This document shows, piece after piece, positions 1 through 9,108 of a DNA stretch of 64,000 bases. Source of the DNA: a virus. Taxonomy: Duplodnaviria > Heunggongvirae > Uroviricota > Caudoviricetes. The stretch lies in IMG/VR virus record IMGVR_UViG_3300029705_000015; one strand, given 5' to 3'. The notes below the pieces were generated by a model. That model did no database searches and had not been told where the DNA came from. It was given only the letters and a program-made list of their open reading frames with translations. A program made the translations under genes and the position numbers. Within the stretch, counting starts at the first letter, position 1. Each line of letters starts with the position of its first letter.

Positions 1-6
1 AGAGTA

Positions 7-882
7 ATGGGTGGCGGTACTTGGACTAGAAGTTCCTTTGCAAGTTACAGCACTACGAAGGGCATGACTGTTGACTCCTTGACTGGATCCATTACTGGTA
101 CTTATACCAGTCAGGAGATGTATAAGCAGAAGCGGCTGCATAAGGAGTTGGATCCTTACAACATTGTTCGTGAATGTGTGGACTCTGAAGAGCATCCTGA
201 GACTATTCCTGTTATCCTGGCTCTGGATGTAACTGGTAGTATGGGCCAGACGGCGGTTGAAGTTGCAAAAGAGCTGAATGTCATCATGACTGATCTTTAT
301 GATCGTGTTAAGGACATTGAGTTCTGTATCATGGGCATCGGCGATTTGATGTGTGATGATTCTCCCATTCAGATGTCTCAGTTTGAGTCTGATATTCGTA
401 TCGCTGAGCACATGGATAAAGTCTATTTTGAGTATGGTGGCGGCGGTAATGCTTATGAGTCTTATACTGCTGCCTGGTACATGGGCCTGTATCATACGAA
501 GCTTGATTGTTGGAATCGTGGTAAGAAGGGCATCATTATCACACTGGGTGATGAGCAGTTGAATCCTCACTTGCCTCACAAAGCATTAGAGGACGCAACA
601 GGCGACAGTGTTCAGGCTTCTGTTGAAACAAAGACGCTGTATCCTGCAGTGTGTGAAAAGTTTGATGTCTATCACATTGATGTTGATCATCGCCATTATC
701 GTGATTCAGGCATTGACCCCTCTTGGAAGAAGTACATGGATGAAAATCATTACAAGAGTGTTTCTCTGAATGCTGTTAAGGACACTATTGTTGAGATGAT
801 CCTTCATTCCATCGGTGATGTAACCCCTGTTGAAGAAACTTCAGGCATTCAGCAGAACGAAAACGGCGAGATTGTGTGGTGA
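7..882 (+). CDS. von Willebrand factor A (VWA) domain protein, possibly 5'-truncated at the window edge
   Basis: MIDAS-like DxSxS motif (LALDVTGSM) followed by a VWA-like fold pattern. The ORF begins at the window start. Confidence 0.55.
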   Translation: MGGGTWTRSSFASYSTTKGMTVDSLTGSITGTYTSQEMYKQKRLHKELDPYNIVRECVDSEEHPETIPVILALDVTGSMGQTAVEVAKELNVIMTDLYDRVKDIEFCIMGIGDLMCDDSPIQMSQFESDIRIAEHMDKVYFEYGGGGNAYESYTAAWYMGLYHTKLDCWNRGKKGIIITLGDEQLNPHLPHKALEDATGDSVQASVETKTLYPAVCEKFDVYHIDVDHRHYRDSGIDPSWKKYMDENHYKSVSLNAVKDTIVEMILHSIGDVTPVEETSGIQQNENGEIVW

Positions 883-889
883 GTTTTGA

Positions 890-2068
890 GTGACTGATAT
901 CAAAGTTGTTGTAGGCGCAAACTTCGGTGATGAAGGTAAGGGCTTGATGACAGATTATTTCTGTCATCAAGCTACTTCCAAGAATAAGAGCTGTATCGTT
1001 GTTATGAGTAATGGCGGCGCGCAGCGTGGTCATACTGTTAATCTTCTTGACGGTAAACGACATGTATTCAAACATTTCGGAGCGGGAACTATGGTTGGTG
1101 CCGACACATATTGCCCTGCTGAGTTTATCTTGAACCCGATGGAATTCGTTCGAGAGTATGAGGATTTACAGCAACTTGGATATCATCCTCTGGTGTATGT
1201 TGAGTCAATTTGCAGATGGACTACACCGTTTGACATGATCATAAATCAAATTGTTGAAGCTGCTCGTGACAACAAAAAGCACGGTAGTTGTGGTATGGGT
1301 ATCTGGGAAACAGTTTATAGATATCAGACCAAACCTGTATTCTGGACCATCTTCGAGTTCAATCAGTTACCTCATGATGCTAAAGTTTCCTATCTTGAAA
1401 ATATTCGAGATGTATATCTTCCCGCAAGACTGAAGGAGCACGGTGTCACTGATGTTCCTTCTGAATGGAAAGAGATTTTGGAATCTTCTATCTTGATCGA
1501 CAACTATATCAATGATGTTAAGTTGTTTGTGGCTGCAGTTACTAGAGTAACTCATCCTATTTTGAAGAACTACGATTCCGTAGTATTTGAAAATGGCCAG
1601 GGATTGCTCTTGGATGAAAACTGCACATTCTATGGTGATAATACAACTCCGAGCAACACTGGTATCTTCAACGCTTGTCGTAGAATCAATATACAGTTTG
1701 ATAAAGCAGATGTTGAATTCTGTTATGTTACTAGAACCTACATGACTCGTCATGGCGCTGGTAGATTTGTAACAGAGTGCGACAAGAGTCTTATCAATGG
1801 TTCAATGGTTGATGAAACAAATGGGTGGAATGAATTCCAAGATAATCTGAGATACGGGCAACTTGATATCGACAATCTGAAATGCAGAATTGAAAACAAT
1901 GTACTCAATGCACAAGATTTGAAATTCCACTACAAAACAAGTATTGCAGTAACACACACAAATGAACATCAGCTGGATTATTCTCAGCTTCGTACTAAGA
2001 TTATTGGTGATGTTTACACCTCTGATTCAAGAACGAGGGATTCGGTTAAGTTGTTCACTGAATTCTAA
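890..2068 (+). CDS. adenylosuccinate synthetase (PurA)-like protein; PurZ candidate
   Basis: N-terminal VVVGANFGDEGKG P-loop, a GGAQRGHTV motif and a length of 392 aa match the PurA family. Confidence 0.75.
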   Translation: MTDIKVVVGANFGDEGKGLMTDYFCHQATSKNKSCIVVMSNGGAQRGHTVNLLDGKRHVFKHFGAGTMVGADTYCPAEFILNPMEFVREYEDLQQLGYHPLVYVESICRWTTPFDMIINQIVEAARDNKKHGSCGMGIWETVYRYQTKPVFWTIFEFNQLPHDAKVSYLENIRDVYLPARLKEHGVTDVPSEWKEILESSILIDNYINDVKLFVAAVTRVTHPILKNYDSVVFENGQGLLLDENCTFYGDNTTPSNTGIFNACRRINIQFDKADVEFCYVTRTYMTRHGAGRFVTECDKSLINGSMVDETNGWNEFQDNLRYGQLDIDNLKCRIENNVLNAQDLKFHYKTSIAVTHTNEHQLDYSQLRTKIIGDVYTSDSRTRDSVKLFTEF

Positions 2069-2071
2069 GAG

Positions 2072-2275
2072 GTGTTCGGAATGCAACTGTATGGATTTCA
2101 AGCGTATGTACAACTCGATTCAGGACGATGGATTGCTGATGTATTCCGAGTATTTTCTAATTCAGAATATACAGCGATGCTTGCGCTCGAGGAAAGTTTA
2201 GATAGACGATACATTGACTATTTCATTGAAGAGTCCTGGATCATTTATCCTGAAGAGGGTTTAGTTTTACTTTAA
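2072..2275 (+). CDS. hypothetical protein
   Basis: Small ORF lying between PurA-like and the kinase gene. TAA stop. Confidence 0.35.
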   Translation: MFGMQLYGFQAYVQLDSGRWIADVFRVFSNSEYTAMLALEESLDRRYIDYFIEESWIIYPEEGLVLL

Positions 2276-2284
2276 GAGGTAAAT

Positions 2285-2836
2285 ATGAAAAATACTATTG
2301 TTGTAAATCTTTTTGCTGCTCCTGGCGCGGGTAAAAGTACAGGAGCAGCATATATCTTTGCTCGTCTTAAGATGAACGGGGTTGATGCAGAACTTGTAAC
2401 TGAGTTTGCAAAAGATAAGGTGTGGGAAGAGAACCCTGCCCCATTCAAAAATCAAGCTTACATGTTCGGTAAGCAGTCCTATAAGATTGGACGCTGTGCA
2501 GGTAAAGTAGATGTCATTGTAACTGACTCCCCTTTACCTCTGTCAATCTACTATAACAATGAAGAACGACTCACAGAGAACTTCGACAATACTGTTATGG
2601 ATGTATTCCGTTCTTATCTCAACATGAACTATCTGTTAACTCGTGTTAAGCCCTACAATCCGAACGGTAGACATCAAACAGAATCAGAATCCGATAAAGT
2701 GGCGGAAGGCTTAAAAACTTTACTTCACGAGCAGAGCATTCCTTATGCTTCCAAGGACGGAGATAAGGATGGATATGATGAAATTGTTCTGGATGTGATC
2801 GGTGAGTTGAGAAACCTCGGCGTGTTCAAAGATTAA
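2285..2836 (+). CDS. P-loop NTPase / putative nucleotide kinase
   Basis: Walker A motif AAPGAGKST near the N-terminus. GAGG RBS. Followed by a hairpin terminator. Confidence 0.55.
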   Translation: MKNTIVVNLFAAPGAGKSTGAAYIFARLKMNGVDAELVTEFAKDKVWEENPAPFKNQAYMFGKQSYKIGRCAGKVDVIVTDSPLPLSIYYNNEERLTENFDNTVMDVFRSYLNMNYLLTRVKPYNPNGRHQTESESDKVAEGLKTLLHEQSIPYASKDGDKDGYDEIVLDVIGELRNLGVFKD

Positions 2837-2851
2837 GATTACATAAATAAC

Positions 2852-2885
2852 AGCGCTAGTTGATTATTCGACTAGCGCTTTTTAT
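2852..2885 (+). terminator. rho-independent terminator
   Basis: Hairpin AGCGCTAGT/ACTAGCGCT followed by a T-run. Overlaps the next promoter's -35. Confidence 0.6.
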
Positions 2886-2888
2886 AAT
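2860..2888 (+). promoter_or_regulatory. sigma70-like promoter (TTGATT-17-TATAAT), conserved phage motif
   Basis: AGTTGATT -35, 17-nt spacer, TATAAT -10. Lies upstream of the paralog array. Confidence 0.5.
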
Positions 2889-2918
2889 ATTTATATAGTA
2901 AAAGAATAGAGGTATACT

Positions 2919-3404
2919 ATGTTTAAGATTCGAAGAAGCGTGTTTGAGACTAATAGCTCAAGCTCTCACAGTATTACAATTCCATATCCGTTACATGTTG
3001 AGGAAAGTACTCTGCCGGTTAACGAAGATGGATACATTGAAGTAGAATTACATGAGTTCTGCCATTTCCCTCAGGATGGTCAGATGGCACGGTTGGCTTG
3101 GTTGATACAGCTCATTGTAAATGACAAGATTGGATATAACTCATTCTGGTATGCACATACTAACGAGGAATGGGAACAGCTTGCGGAAAAGTTGTATGCT
3201 CTGGAAGAATTTCAAGAGCTGGAAAATGAGATAGCAAGTTATGCAAACTGTCGGGGTGTTAGACTTGCTCACGGAACAGAAGGATATATTGACCATGAAT
3301 CTTGTTACGAGAGCATGAAAGTATTTTTACTTGAGTACAATGTAGATGCAGCAGGTTTTGTATTCGGCAAGGACATTGAAATGTACTTTGAGTTTTGTGG
3401 TTGA
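2919..3404 (+). CDS. paralog family protein (FETNSSS[ST]H N-terminal motif), member 1
   Basis: N-terminus MFKIRRSVFETNSSSSHSI is shared with 4 downstream paralogs. RBS present. Confidence 0.6.
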   Translation: MFKIRRSVFETNSSSSHSITIPYPLHVEESTLPVNEDGYIEVELHEFCHFPQDGQMARLAWLIQLIVNDKIGYNSFWYAHTNEEWEQLAEKLYALEEFQELENEIASYANCRGVRLAHGTEGYIDHESCYESMKVFLLEYNVDAAGFVFGKDIEMYFEFCG

Positions 3405-3416
3405 GGAAGTGATTAT

Positions 3417-3647
3417 ATGAAACTTTATTTTGCATCAGCAATAATTCAAGGAAATTCAAAACCTCATCTGATAGCCATGAATACCGGTGAGATTAGTCAG
3501 GAAAAAGCAGAACGAATTATAACTGCTATACGACAATCTTACTGCGTCTTATCTGCATGGGTTGATTCGTTTGATGAAAATAACAAAAAAGAAACTGTTT
3601 TTCATGAATGCTATGTTGATGCTTTTGGAACAGTCACTTCAATTTGA
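3417..3647 (+). CDS. hypothetical protein
   Basis: ORF with an RBS (GAGGAAG). TGA stop. Confidence 0.4.
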   Translation: MKLYFASAIIQGNSKPHLIAMNTGEISQEKAERIITAIRQSYCVLSAWVDSFDENNKKETVFHECYVDAFGTVTSI

Positions 3648-3656
3648 GGAGGATAT

Positions 3657-4163
3657 ATGATTAAAGTTAGAAAGAACTGCTTCGAGACAAATAGTTCCAG
3701 TACACATGCAATATGCATTCCTGACGCATTAAGATACAATCTGAGGCATGTTGATTTCGGCATTGGTGAGTGGGGATGGGGTGTTGATAATCCGGAACCA
3801 GAAGATTACTTATATACTGCAATTTTGGAGCTCTATGGAGATAAGGAAGAAGAGCTTCAAGAGAAGTTAACTATTCTTAAAACAATGCTAAACAATAATG
3901 GCATTTCATACTCATTTGTAAAACCGAATTGGAGCGACTCTGGTAACTGGAGATGGCTTGAAAATGGTGGCATTGACCACGGTGGCGAGTTATCTGAACT
4001 TGTTGAAGATTTGTTGAATGATGAAAGTTTGTTAATGAAATATCTTGCAGGAGCACAGATCTGCACGGGTAACGATAATTCTGATTCAGGTTATGATCCT
4101 CCTCACAAGCTATATGACGATAAAGCAGCGGAAGGTTGGCGCTGTTACTGGAAAGGAAACTGA
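3657..4163 (+). CDS. paralog family protein (FETNSSSTH motif), member 2
   Basis: N-terminus MIKVRKNCFETNSSSTHAI. GGAGG RBS. Confidence 0.6.
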   Translation: MIKVRKNCFETNSSSTHAICIPDALRYNLRHVDFGIGEWGWGVDNPEPEDYLYTAILELYGDKEEELQEKLTILKTMLNNNGISYSFVKPNWSDSGNWRWLENGGIDHGGELSELVEDLLNDESLLMKYLAGAQICTGNDNSDSGYDPPHKLYDDKAAEGWRCYWKGN

Positions 4164-4351
4164 TTGTGCCAAATATACCGGAACTATTGAGACAGTTAGC
4201 AGACGCTATTGAGCAGAACCAACATGATGAGGAATGCCGGAGAGTTGCTGAACGTAACCGAGTTGATGATCTAATTTCTAACGTTGACGCGCTTACACAT
4301 AAGAATGAAGATAAGCTACAAAGAATTGCAAAAATTCTACTGGAGGATTGA
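4136..4351 (+). CDS. hypothetical protein (start uncertain)
   Basis: ORF overlaps the upstream gene's end. The true start may be further downstream. Confidence 0.3.
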   Translation: MALLLERKLIVPNIPELLRQLADAIEQNQHDEECRRVAERNRVDDLISNVDALTHKNEDKLQRIAKILLED

Positions 4352-4357
4352 ATACAT

Positions 4358-4921
4358 ATGTTTCAGGTAAGAAATAACTGTTTTGAAACTAATAGTAGTT
4401 CTTCTCATAGTCTTGTTATTACCAACAAGGATAATGGAAGATATACACCTGAGGAGGCTCTTAATTCCTTGTACTGGATGAGAGATGGGTGGTGGGAGCC
4501 TTACGGAAAACTGTATTTTGGAAGACATCCGTTCCAGGTCTTGTCAACCTTTAGCGACAAGTTGCGGTATGTTTATGCTCACACACCATTCCGTAGTCGT
4601 CCCTCAAAGAAACACAAGTGGAATAACTACAGTGCAATGTACTGGGTGATAAACAACAAGATTAAGAAGTTCTTGCCCGGCTTCAAGGGTATTCGAGTTC
4701 CTCGTGGTACTCATATCGGTACGGATGATCATTGTTTGTGGGGCTGGTTAAAACAAGCAAACATCACTCTGGAAGAGTTCTTGATGAATAAGAACATCAT
4801 TGTTATCTGTGATGGTGATGAATACTGCGTGTGGACTGGAATGAAAAAACTGGGCTTGATTACCAAGGACAACATCAAGTTATCCATTCCCGAAAAAGAG
4901 TGGTGGGAAGAAGATGACTAA
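4358..4921 (+). CDS. paralog family protein (FETNSSSSH motif), member 3
   Basis: N-terminus MFQVRNNCFETNSSSSHSL. Confidence 0.6.
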   Translation: MFQVRNNCFETNSSSSHSLVITNKDNGRYTPEEALNSLYWMRDGWWEPYGKLYFGRHPFQVLSTFSDKLRYVYAHTPFRSRPSKKHKWNNYSAMYWVINNKIKKFLPGFKGIRVPRGTHIGTDDHCLWGWLKQANITLEEFLMNKNIIVICDGDEYCVWTGMKKLGLITKDNIKLSIPEKEWWEEDD

Positions 4922-5213
4922 ACAAGAATTTGAAACTGTTAAAACAATAATTTATGCTTGTTCTCATCCTGTTTGGAGCAACGGTATGCGTATTCCTTAT
5001 GCAGATACGGACAGAGTTATTTCTGCGTTAGAGAAGATTTTTGCGGAAGAACTTGGAGTCCGAAAAGAAGAACCGTTGTACCGAATATGGAAAGACCAAG
5101 ACGACGCTAAGCGTGCTCTGGAAGCCGCTGAAGAAGAGAAAGTTGAAAAGGAAGAGAAGTCTTCTGATACGGCTGCTAATTTCTTGATGAGAATACTTGG
5201 AAGGAGTAAATGA
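4914..5213 (+). CDS. hypothetical protein
   Basis: ORF with ATGA start-stop overlap to the upstream gene. Confidence 0.45.
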   Translation: MTKQEFETVKTIIYACSHPVWSNGMRIPYADTDRVISALEKIFAEELGVRKEEPLYRIWKDQDDAKRALEAAEEEKVEKEEKSSDTAANFLMRILGRSK

Positions 5214-5214
5214 T

Positions 5215-5634
5215 ATGATTAAAGTACGAAGAAGTACATTTGAAACCAACAGCTCTTCTACTCATACTATTACAATTGTATCAAGAGAAGAGTATGATGG
5301 CTGGAGAAAAGGAAAGTATCTCTATGATCGTTGGTCTCAAAAACTTGTTCCGGCACGTCAGTTGACCGAGTACGAAAAACGAGATGCAAAGGAACAGTAT
5401 GAAATCAACAGAAAGTCTTACTGGAAAACTTGGGACGAGATGGATGAATATGATCGTGATCAAGTGTATGGTGAGTATACTGCAAAACTGATGGAAGGCA
5501 CTTACAATCTTATGACTGAAAAACAATACGACGAATGGTGTGGTGAACGAGGGATGGAAACCTCTTGTGTATCATACACCACAGCAAGCGGTGACGGTAT
5601 TGTTGCTTTCGGTTACGGTGGATATGATGGTTGA
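5215..5634 (+). CDS. paralog family protein (FETNSSSTH motif), member 4
   Basis: N-terminus MIKVRRSTFETNSSSTHTI. AAGGAG RBS sits 9 nt upstream of the ATG at 5215. Confidence 0.6.
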   Translation: MIKVRRSTFETNSSSTHTITIVSREEYDGWRKGKYLYDRWSQKLVPARQLTEYEKRDAKEQYEINRKSYWKTWDEMDEYDRDQVYGEYTAKLMEGTYNLMTEKQYDEWCGERGMETSCVSYTTASGDGIVAFGYGGYDG

Positions 5635-5645
5635 GGTAATTATCA

Positions 5646-6017
5646 ATGATCAAGGTAAGACAAAGTGTTTTTGAAACAAACTCAAGCTCAACTCATACAA
5701 TCACTATGTGCACTGAGGACCAGTTCACTAAATGGCAGAAGAATCAGCTTTTCTGGGATAATGACGCAGAGGAACTTGTAGATGAAACTGAAATGCTTGA
5801 AAGCATTGCAAATTCCTGTGGACAATGTAGTGTTGATGAACTGCTTGAAGCTAAAGAGAAAAGCTATCAAGAATATTTGAAAATGTTAGCCGGTTACGAC
5901 TACTACACTCGCAGTTCGTTCATTGAATTGAATACATATGAGCATTTCAGTAAAAAGTATACATCGCCTTCTGGAGACATTGTTTATGCATTCGGATGGT
6001 ATGGAAGTAACTATTAA
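5646..6017 (+). CDS. paralog family protein (FETNSSSTH motif), member 5
   Basis: N-terminus MIKVRQSVFETNSSSTHTI. Confidence 0.6.
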   Translation: MIKVRQSVFETNSSSTHTITMCTEDQFTKWQKNQLFWDNDAEELVDETEMLESIANSCGQCSVDELLEAKEKSYQEYLKMLAGYDYYTRSSFIELNTYEHFSKKYTSPSGDIVYAFGWYGSNY

Positions 6018-6026
6018 GGAGCAAAA

Positions 6027-6554
6027 ATGACAAAGTTTATCTGTATTTCAGGTAAAGCACAGAATGGAAAAGACACAAGTGCAAGACTTCTGTGCAGTTA
6101 TTTGGAACAAAAAGGAAACAGAGTGCTTATTGTGCATTATGCAGATCTGTTGAAATATATCTGTAGAAATTGGTTTGGATGGAACGGCGAAAAGGATAAC
6201 TTCGGACGAACTCTTTTACAGAAAGTTGGAACTGATGTTGTTAGAAACAAGCGTCCTGACTTCTGGGTAGATTTCATCCTTGATGTGGTAAACTTGTTTG
6301 AAAACGAGTGGGATTACATCATAATTCCTGACACAAGATTTCCGAATGAGCTGTACAAGATCAAGGAAAGTGGATATCCTATGACGCACATTCGTGTTGT
6401 TCGGAAAGACTTTGAAAGCCCTCTATCAGCTGAACAGCAAGCTCATGCTTCAGAAGTGGCACTTGACAATGAGGTTCCCGATATTCTTCTTGTAAACGAA
6501 GGAACACTTGATAAGTTAAATAGTGCAATTGTTGAGATTGTTAAACAACTGTAA
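6027..6554 (+). CDS. deoxynucleoside monophosphate kinase (T4 gp1/T5-like dNMP kinase)
   Basis: P-loop ISGKAQNGKDT and the overall pattern match phage dNMP kinases. Confidence 0.65.
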   Translation: MTKFICISGKAQNGKDTSARLLCSYLEQKGNRVLIVHYADLLKYICRNWFGWNGEKDNFGRTLLQKVGTDVVRNKRPDFWVDFILDVVNLFENEWDYIIIPDTRFPNELYKIKESGYPMTHIRVVRKDFESPLSAEQQAHASEVALDNEVPDILLVNEGTLDKLNSAIVEIVKQL

Positions 6555-6561
6555 AGAAAAT

Positions 6562-6596
6562 AAGACAGATCAAGTTGATTGATCTGTCTTTTCTTA
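6562..6596 (+). terminator. rho-independent terminator
   Basis: Perfect inverted repeat AAGACAGATC/GATCTGTCTT followed by a T-rich tail. Confidence 0.65.
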
Positions 6597-6603
6597 TTAT
6601 AAT
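6575..6603 (+). promoter_or_regulatory. sigma70-like promoter (TTGATT-17-TATAAT)
   Basis: Conserved motif sitting in the terminator loop. Confidence 0.45.
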
Positions 6604-6639
6604 AATGTTGTAAAATAAAAGAAGAGGAAGTGATTTCGC

Positions 6640-6963
6640 ATGAAGAAGTCTCATGTCGTTATCTATCAGATTAAGAACGTTGCTGAAGTTGACTATGCGT
6701 TCAGAAGCTTTGACAGGACAAAGTTCCGTTTCAGCGACTATCAGAAGGTTTATGAAATGGATGTCGAGCCTGGCTTCTATGTAGACATTCTGGAAAATCT
6801 TTTCAGTCTGTTTAATCGTCCTGACTTGCGCCCGAAGGATTTCACAGGTCATTCGATGAGTGTTTCTGACGTTGTTGTCATTGACGGTAAAGGTTACTAT
6901 TGCGATGCGTTCGCTTGGTCCAACATGGGGGATATGAATGAAGTCATTAAAAACTGTCCTTGA
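6640..6963 (+). CDS. YodL-like domain protein (tentative)
   Basis: ~107 aa with the pattern VVIYQ...VYEMD...FNRPDLRPKDFTGHSMSVSDVVVIDG, which resembles the YodL-like family recalled from polyvalent-protein and ICE contexts. Assignment is from memory. Confidence 0.4.
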   Translation: MKKSHVVIYQIKNVAEVDYAFRSFDRTKFRFSDYQKVYEMDVEPGFYVDILENLFSLFNRPDLRPKDFTGHSMSVSDVVVIDGKGYYCDAFAWSNMGDMNEVIKNCP

Positions 6964-7234
6964 CCGCATGAAGGAGCAGAATATTGCTCTTGAAGACAAT
7001 GAAAAGATTGTAATTCCTGTTGACGAGTTCTATGTCGAATTACACGGTGAAACTCGCTTTGGTAGAATCTTCCCGAAGGAAGGAATCATTGTTACGCTAC
7101 TTCCTTGTGAAGATGGCAACTCAGAAACAGGTTCCATCAATCTTCCGTATATCTGGAAGATCAAGAATGTATATGAAACATGGCTCAGTAGCGGTTCTAT
7201 TGCTTACCGCACTGAATTCTACGTTGTTGAATAA
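6938..7234 (+). CDS. hypothetical protein
   Basis: ORF overlapping the upstream gene's end. Confidence 0.4.
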   Translation: MKSLKTVLDRMKEQNIALEDNEKIVIPVDEFYVELHGETRFGRIFPKEGIIVTLLPCEDGNSETGSINLPYIWKIKNVYETWLSSGSIAYRTEFYVVE

Positions 7235-7248
7235 GGAGTTGATTCATT

Positions 7249-8160
7249 TTGAGCAAGTGGGTACATTATCGTAACGGCAACTACAACGTTCATATCAATC
7301 TAAGTGACGGAACTAAGATTCGGGAAAACGAGCTGGATTGCCTTATTCCCGAGTATCCAGAAAGTATGGACATCAAGATTACCAACAAGTGCAATATGGG
7401 CTGCAAGTTCTGTCATGAGAATTCCACTCTTGACGGTTTGCACGGTGACATCATGAATCTTGAATTCATTGATACATTGCAACCTTACACTGAGCTTGCT
7501 ATTGGCGGAGGTAATCCTCTTGAACATCCTGACTTGGAGGCATTTCTGAGAAAGTGTCAGGAATTGTTCTTAATTCCGAGTATGACTGTGCATCAGAAGC
7601 ACTTTCTGGAGAACATTGACTTTCTCCGAATGCTTCGTGACGAAAAGTTGATCTATGGTTTGGGAGTGTCCGTAAACTCTCCTACTCAGGAAGTTATTGA
7701 TGCATTGAAGGAATTTCCGAATGCAGTAGTTCATGTTATTGCCGGTATTGTAACTTACACTGACCTTGCTGCTCTTGCAGATAATAATTTGAAGATCTTG
7801 CTGTTAGGCTACAAGGATTTTAGACGTGGTGAGGCTCTTCACAAGAGTGTTGGTCAAGCAATTGACGATAAGATTCAAATGCTCTATGATCTACTTCCTA
7901 CAATGAAAGACAAGCATTGGTTCAACACCATCAGCTTTGACAACCTGGCAATCAAACAATTGACTCCTGCAAGACTTCTTTCCGAAGAAGAGTATGACCA
8001 ATTCTACATGGGGGACGATGGAAGTCATACTATGTACGTGGACTGTGTCAACAAGAAGTTTGCAATCAGTTCCACTTCTCCTGTTACATATGACATCCTG
8101 CCCAATATCAAAGATATGTTTGCTAAGGTTCGTGAGGTAAGCGGTCATGATCAGTCTTAA
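7249..8160 (+). CDS. radical SAM domain protein
   Basis: CNMGCKFC (CxxxCxxC) cluster near the N-terminus. TTG start with an AAGGAG RBS. Confidence 0.6.
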   Translation: MSKWVHYRNGNYNVHINLSDGTKIRENELDCLIPEYPESMDIKITNKCNMGCKFCHENSTLDGLHGDIMNLEFIDTLQPYTELAIGGGNPLEHPDLEAFLRKCQELFLIPSMTVHQKHFLENIDFLRMLRDEKLIYGLGVSVNSPTQEVIDALKEFPNAVVHVIAGIVTYTDLAALADNNLKILLLGYKDFRRGEALHKSVGQAIDDKIQMLYDLLPTMKDKHWFNTISFDNLAIKQLTPARLLSEEEYDQFYMGDDGSHTMYVDCVNKKFAISSTSPVTYDILPNIKDMFAKVREVSGHDQS

Positions 8161-8566
8161 ATCATTTGAGCAAATAACAGCTGCTCTTCTGAAATATCAC
8201 AGAGAGCTTCGTGATCTTGAGAACAACTTGAATGTTTCATTTGACGATAACTGGATGGTTCATATTATGGACAATGTTATCAAAGGGCTTTCTTGTTCTT
8301 TTCATGAGGATAAAGACTTTGAAGGGTTTTGCTACAACGAGCTAACCTCAGCACAAGTCTCAAAGATCAATGAGTTCTTACAATACTTTGTATATGCGTG
8401 GGAATGTGGCGAGGAGCCTCCTGCTTGGATTGTATACGAAAGATACAATGTTCTTGAGGGTCCCTTGAAGCTAGAATGCCGTTGTCAGTATGATGCATAC
8501 GAAATCATTAAAGACTTCCTTGAGCATCCTCAAGACGATATTACATGGAGGCTTGAAGACATATGA
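8147..8566 (+). CDS. hypothetical protein
   Basis: ORF with a start overlap to the upstream gene. Confidence 0.45.
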   Translation: MISLKSFEQITAALLKYHRELRDLENNLNVSFDDNWMVHIMDNVIKGLSCSFHEDKDFEGFCYNELTSAQVSKINEFLQYFVYAWECGEEPPAWIVYERYNVLEGPLKLECRCQYDAYEIIKDFLEHPQDDITWRLEDI

Positions 8567-9051
8567 ATGTAATTTTTCTTGACATTGATGGTGTCCTCAA
8601 CAGCCAAACAACAGAAGAAAGATGCAACGGAGTAATCGGCATTGATGATGACAAAGTTGCTCGTCTAGCAGCAATTGTGGATAAAAATGATGCAATCTTG
8701 ATTTTAACTTCTTCCTGGAGATATCATTGGTGGAAGAAAGAAAAAGAGGATGACGAACAACACCCTCTTGGTGAATACTTGGATAAGAAACTTGCAAGTT
8801 ACTGCATAAAGATTACAGATAAGATTTCTTACGGTGGGTTCAACAGAGGAAGAGCAATTCGGAATTGGCTCAAAGAACATCCAGAAGTTTCTGCGTTTAT
8901 TGTTCTTGATGATGAAGAATTTGATTACAGAGAGGATGATGTTTGGCTAATTCCCTATCTTGTAAAAACGTCATTCTATTCTGATCTTGGAGGTCTACAA
9001 GAAACTCATGTATTTGTAGCCAACAAGTTATTCAGAAAACAAGTTGATTGA
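8563..9051 (+). CDS. HAD superfamily hydrolase (phosphatase-like)
   Basis: Motif I FLDIDGVL at the N-terminus and LDDEEF near the C-terminus. Confidence 0.55.
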   Translation: MNVIFLDIDGVLNSQTTEERCNGVIGIDDDKVARLAAIVDKNDAILILTSSWRYHWWKKEKEDDEQHPLGEYLDKKLASYCIKITDKISYGGFNRGRAIRNWLKEHPEVSAFIVLDDEEFDYREDDVWLIPYLVKTSFYSDLGGLQETHVFVANKLFRKQVD

Positions 9052-9072
9052 TTACAGTTAACTTATTATAAT
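9044..9072 (+). promoter_or_regulatory. sigma70-like promoter (TTGATT-17-TATAAT)
   Basis: Conserved motif upstream of 9109. Confidence 0.45.
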
Positions 9073-9108
9073 ATGTTTGTAAATAAAAAATAAAGAGGTG
9101 ATTGAAAA

